Below, one piece after another: positions 34,880 to 36,332 of a DNA stretch of 36,332 nt (positions within the stretch are counted from its first letter, which is position 1; the number at the start of each line of letters is the position of its first letter). The notes beneath the pieces were generated by a model. That model had not been told where the DNA came from. It did not search any database and was given only the letters and a program-made list of their open reading frames with translations. Source of the DNA: Mesotaenium endlicherianum (Eukaryota); NCBI GenBank assembly GCA_009602735.1, contig WELA01000401.1, positions 1 to 36,332 of the forward strand. Reading direction: 5' to 3'. Made by a program: the position numbers and the translations under genes.

Positions 34880-36021
34880 GCGCGCAAAATACAGATTCTT
34901 GAAGTGATGTCGTTCTTGATCTTTTTTTTCAGCCGGGGATAGTCTTGCTGTCACTCCTTGCTGGTTTCTTGCATCATAAGTGTCATTGGAGGGTCTTCCA
35001 CTCTTCCGGGCAGCCGCGGGGTCCCTTCTAATAACTCCAATTTCCATGGGTGTGGGTCCAGATTCGGATGTGGAAGGGGCTGCGTACACCCGCGTCGCCA
35101 GCGCCCATGAAGATGAAGGCACGGAGTGCTTGAAATCCAAGGTATCCACCTTTTGAGCCACTTCAATAATCTTTGAAAAGTTCGTCAAGTCGCGTAATTC
35201 CACTTCTTTTGCCACCTTGGGCTTGAGGCCAAACACATAACGATCAATCTTCTCCTCGAGCGACATGTTGGGAATCTCAAGAGTCAGGTCATAAAATCTG
35301 GATGTATATTCTTGAACGGACGTTGTTTGCTTGAGATGGCGAAGCTTTTCTCAAGCAAGTTTCTCCGCATTGATGGGCATGATTTGCTTCTGGAGGGCTT
35401 CACGAAAATCCACCTACCTTGCATATGATGGTGGGGGCTCTTGGTCGGGTACGGGATGCGCCACAGCTTGATATACAACCGCTTGATAGTTACGCCATCA
35501 TGATGTTGCTGCTCCCTCTGAGTAAGGTAACGGCGAAAGGGACGTAGTCCTCCTCGGGTACTTCAAGGAACGTCTCCACTTGGTAGAGCCACAGATTCAG
35601 TTTGGCTCCTCTCCCAGGATTGAAAGTGTCTGGTTTGCCGGGCTTGATGAGTTTCCTTGCTCTTGTAGGCTCTTATGGAGGTGCTTGAGCCGGGGCTGGA
35701 TTTTGAGCGTTGCTCGCAATAGGGGGCAATTATGGCAGCCATAGCTTCTCTTGACGCTCGCACAGTTGCTTCATAGGTGGCCAAGCCCACTTCGTTGTGG
35801 ACGGTCATTAGGAAGGCTGCCCACTCATTTGCGGAAACTCCTTCTGGTGGGGTCAACTTTGCTATAGTGGCTGCTACGAGATTTGACGGTGCTCCTCCTT
35901 GTGGTGCTTCTTGTTGTTGCAGATTTTCCTGAGTGTGCTCTCAAGTCGGCGCTGGAGGAGGGTCTCTTGGAGATGAAGTGCTTCCTTCAAAAGCTTGCTG
36001 TTGGTCTTGAGGATCGGCCAT
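34880..36021 (-). pseudogene. gag: Family B gag, disrupted
   Basis: Probable ATG at 36021 just after the PBS; MSLEEKIDRYVFGLKPKV...GPTPMEIG gag motifs; frameshifts and stops. Confidence 0.85.
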
Positions 36022-36058
36022 CTTCTTGTGCTTCCAAAGTGCCTAGTTCCGATACCAT

Positions 36059-36332
36059 TGTAGTGAAACAGATAGATAAAGTGCTTAGTAAAATAGAATA
36101 CTTTATCTTTTCAAGACCAGGATCTTTGAACACAAGTGGTAGCTTCTGGAAAGAGAGATGGCTTCTTTATTGTTAATATACTTCTGGAATTTGGCAAGTA
36201 CAAGAGTAATTGTCGAATGTCTTTCTATGTTCTAGCTCTTGTTTATATACCTGCAACATAAGTAATTTCTAGGAAGGTGCATGTTGATGTGTTGGCACCC
36301 AACACATCCCAAAACTTGCCACCTCTTTCTAG
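36059..36332 (-). repeat. Family B 5' LTR (partial, runs off window)
   Basis: Matches 30528-30795 with scattered mismatches and a small indel; adjacent to PBS. Confidence 0.95.

Larger units (their letters stand above)
30528..36332 (-). mobile_element. Family B Ty3/Gypsy chromovirus-like element, degenerate; 5' LTR cut by window end
   Basis: LTRs 30528-31019 and 36059-end, PBS TGGTATCGGAAC (36046-36057, -), PPT GGGGGGGTGA (31020-31029, -), and gag-RT-RH-INT-chromodomain between them. Confidence 0.93.

Noticed and set aside
1..36332. CRISPR arrays, rRNA/tRNA genes, prokaryotic defence systems, telomere-specific non-LTR or Penelope element at the telomere junction
   Set aside because: No repeat-spacer arrays, RNA gene signatures, poly(A) tail or non-LTR RT motifs were seen; all RT motifs are Ty3/Gypsy.

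Overview
Eukaryotic chromosome end with a plant-type telomere, (TAAACCC)10 at 1-70. A streptophyte alga or early-diverging plant is my inference from gene style and intron donors. About 2.5 kb of non-satellite subtelomere follows, containing a hAT-like MITE. Next is a gapped, intron-containing GC-rich gene (~2.6-7.6 kb, +). Its product combines an N-terminal SPOROCYTELESS/TIE (SPEAR) motif, a spliced ELF3-block-II/DUF863-like helix and C-terminal EAR (LxLxL) motifs. From ~8.9 kb to the end lies a nested pile of Ty3/Gypsy LTR retrotransposons from three families. Family A (three + strand copies nested in one another, plus an inverted fragment) is a chromodomain element with a clear -1 frameshift signal between gag and pol and a conserved, non-env extra ORF of ~450-555 aa between pol and the 3' LTR. 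Family B (- strand) is a chromodomain element that has lost its protease. It inserted into family C (- strand), whose integrase ends in a PHD finger. All pol genes are pseudogenised, and many stops look like CHG deaminations.
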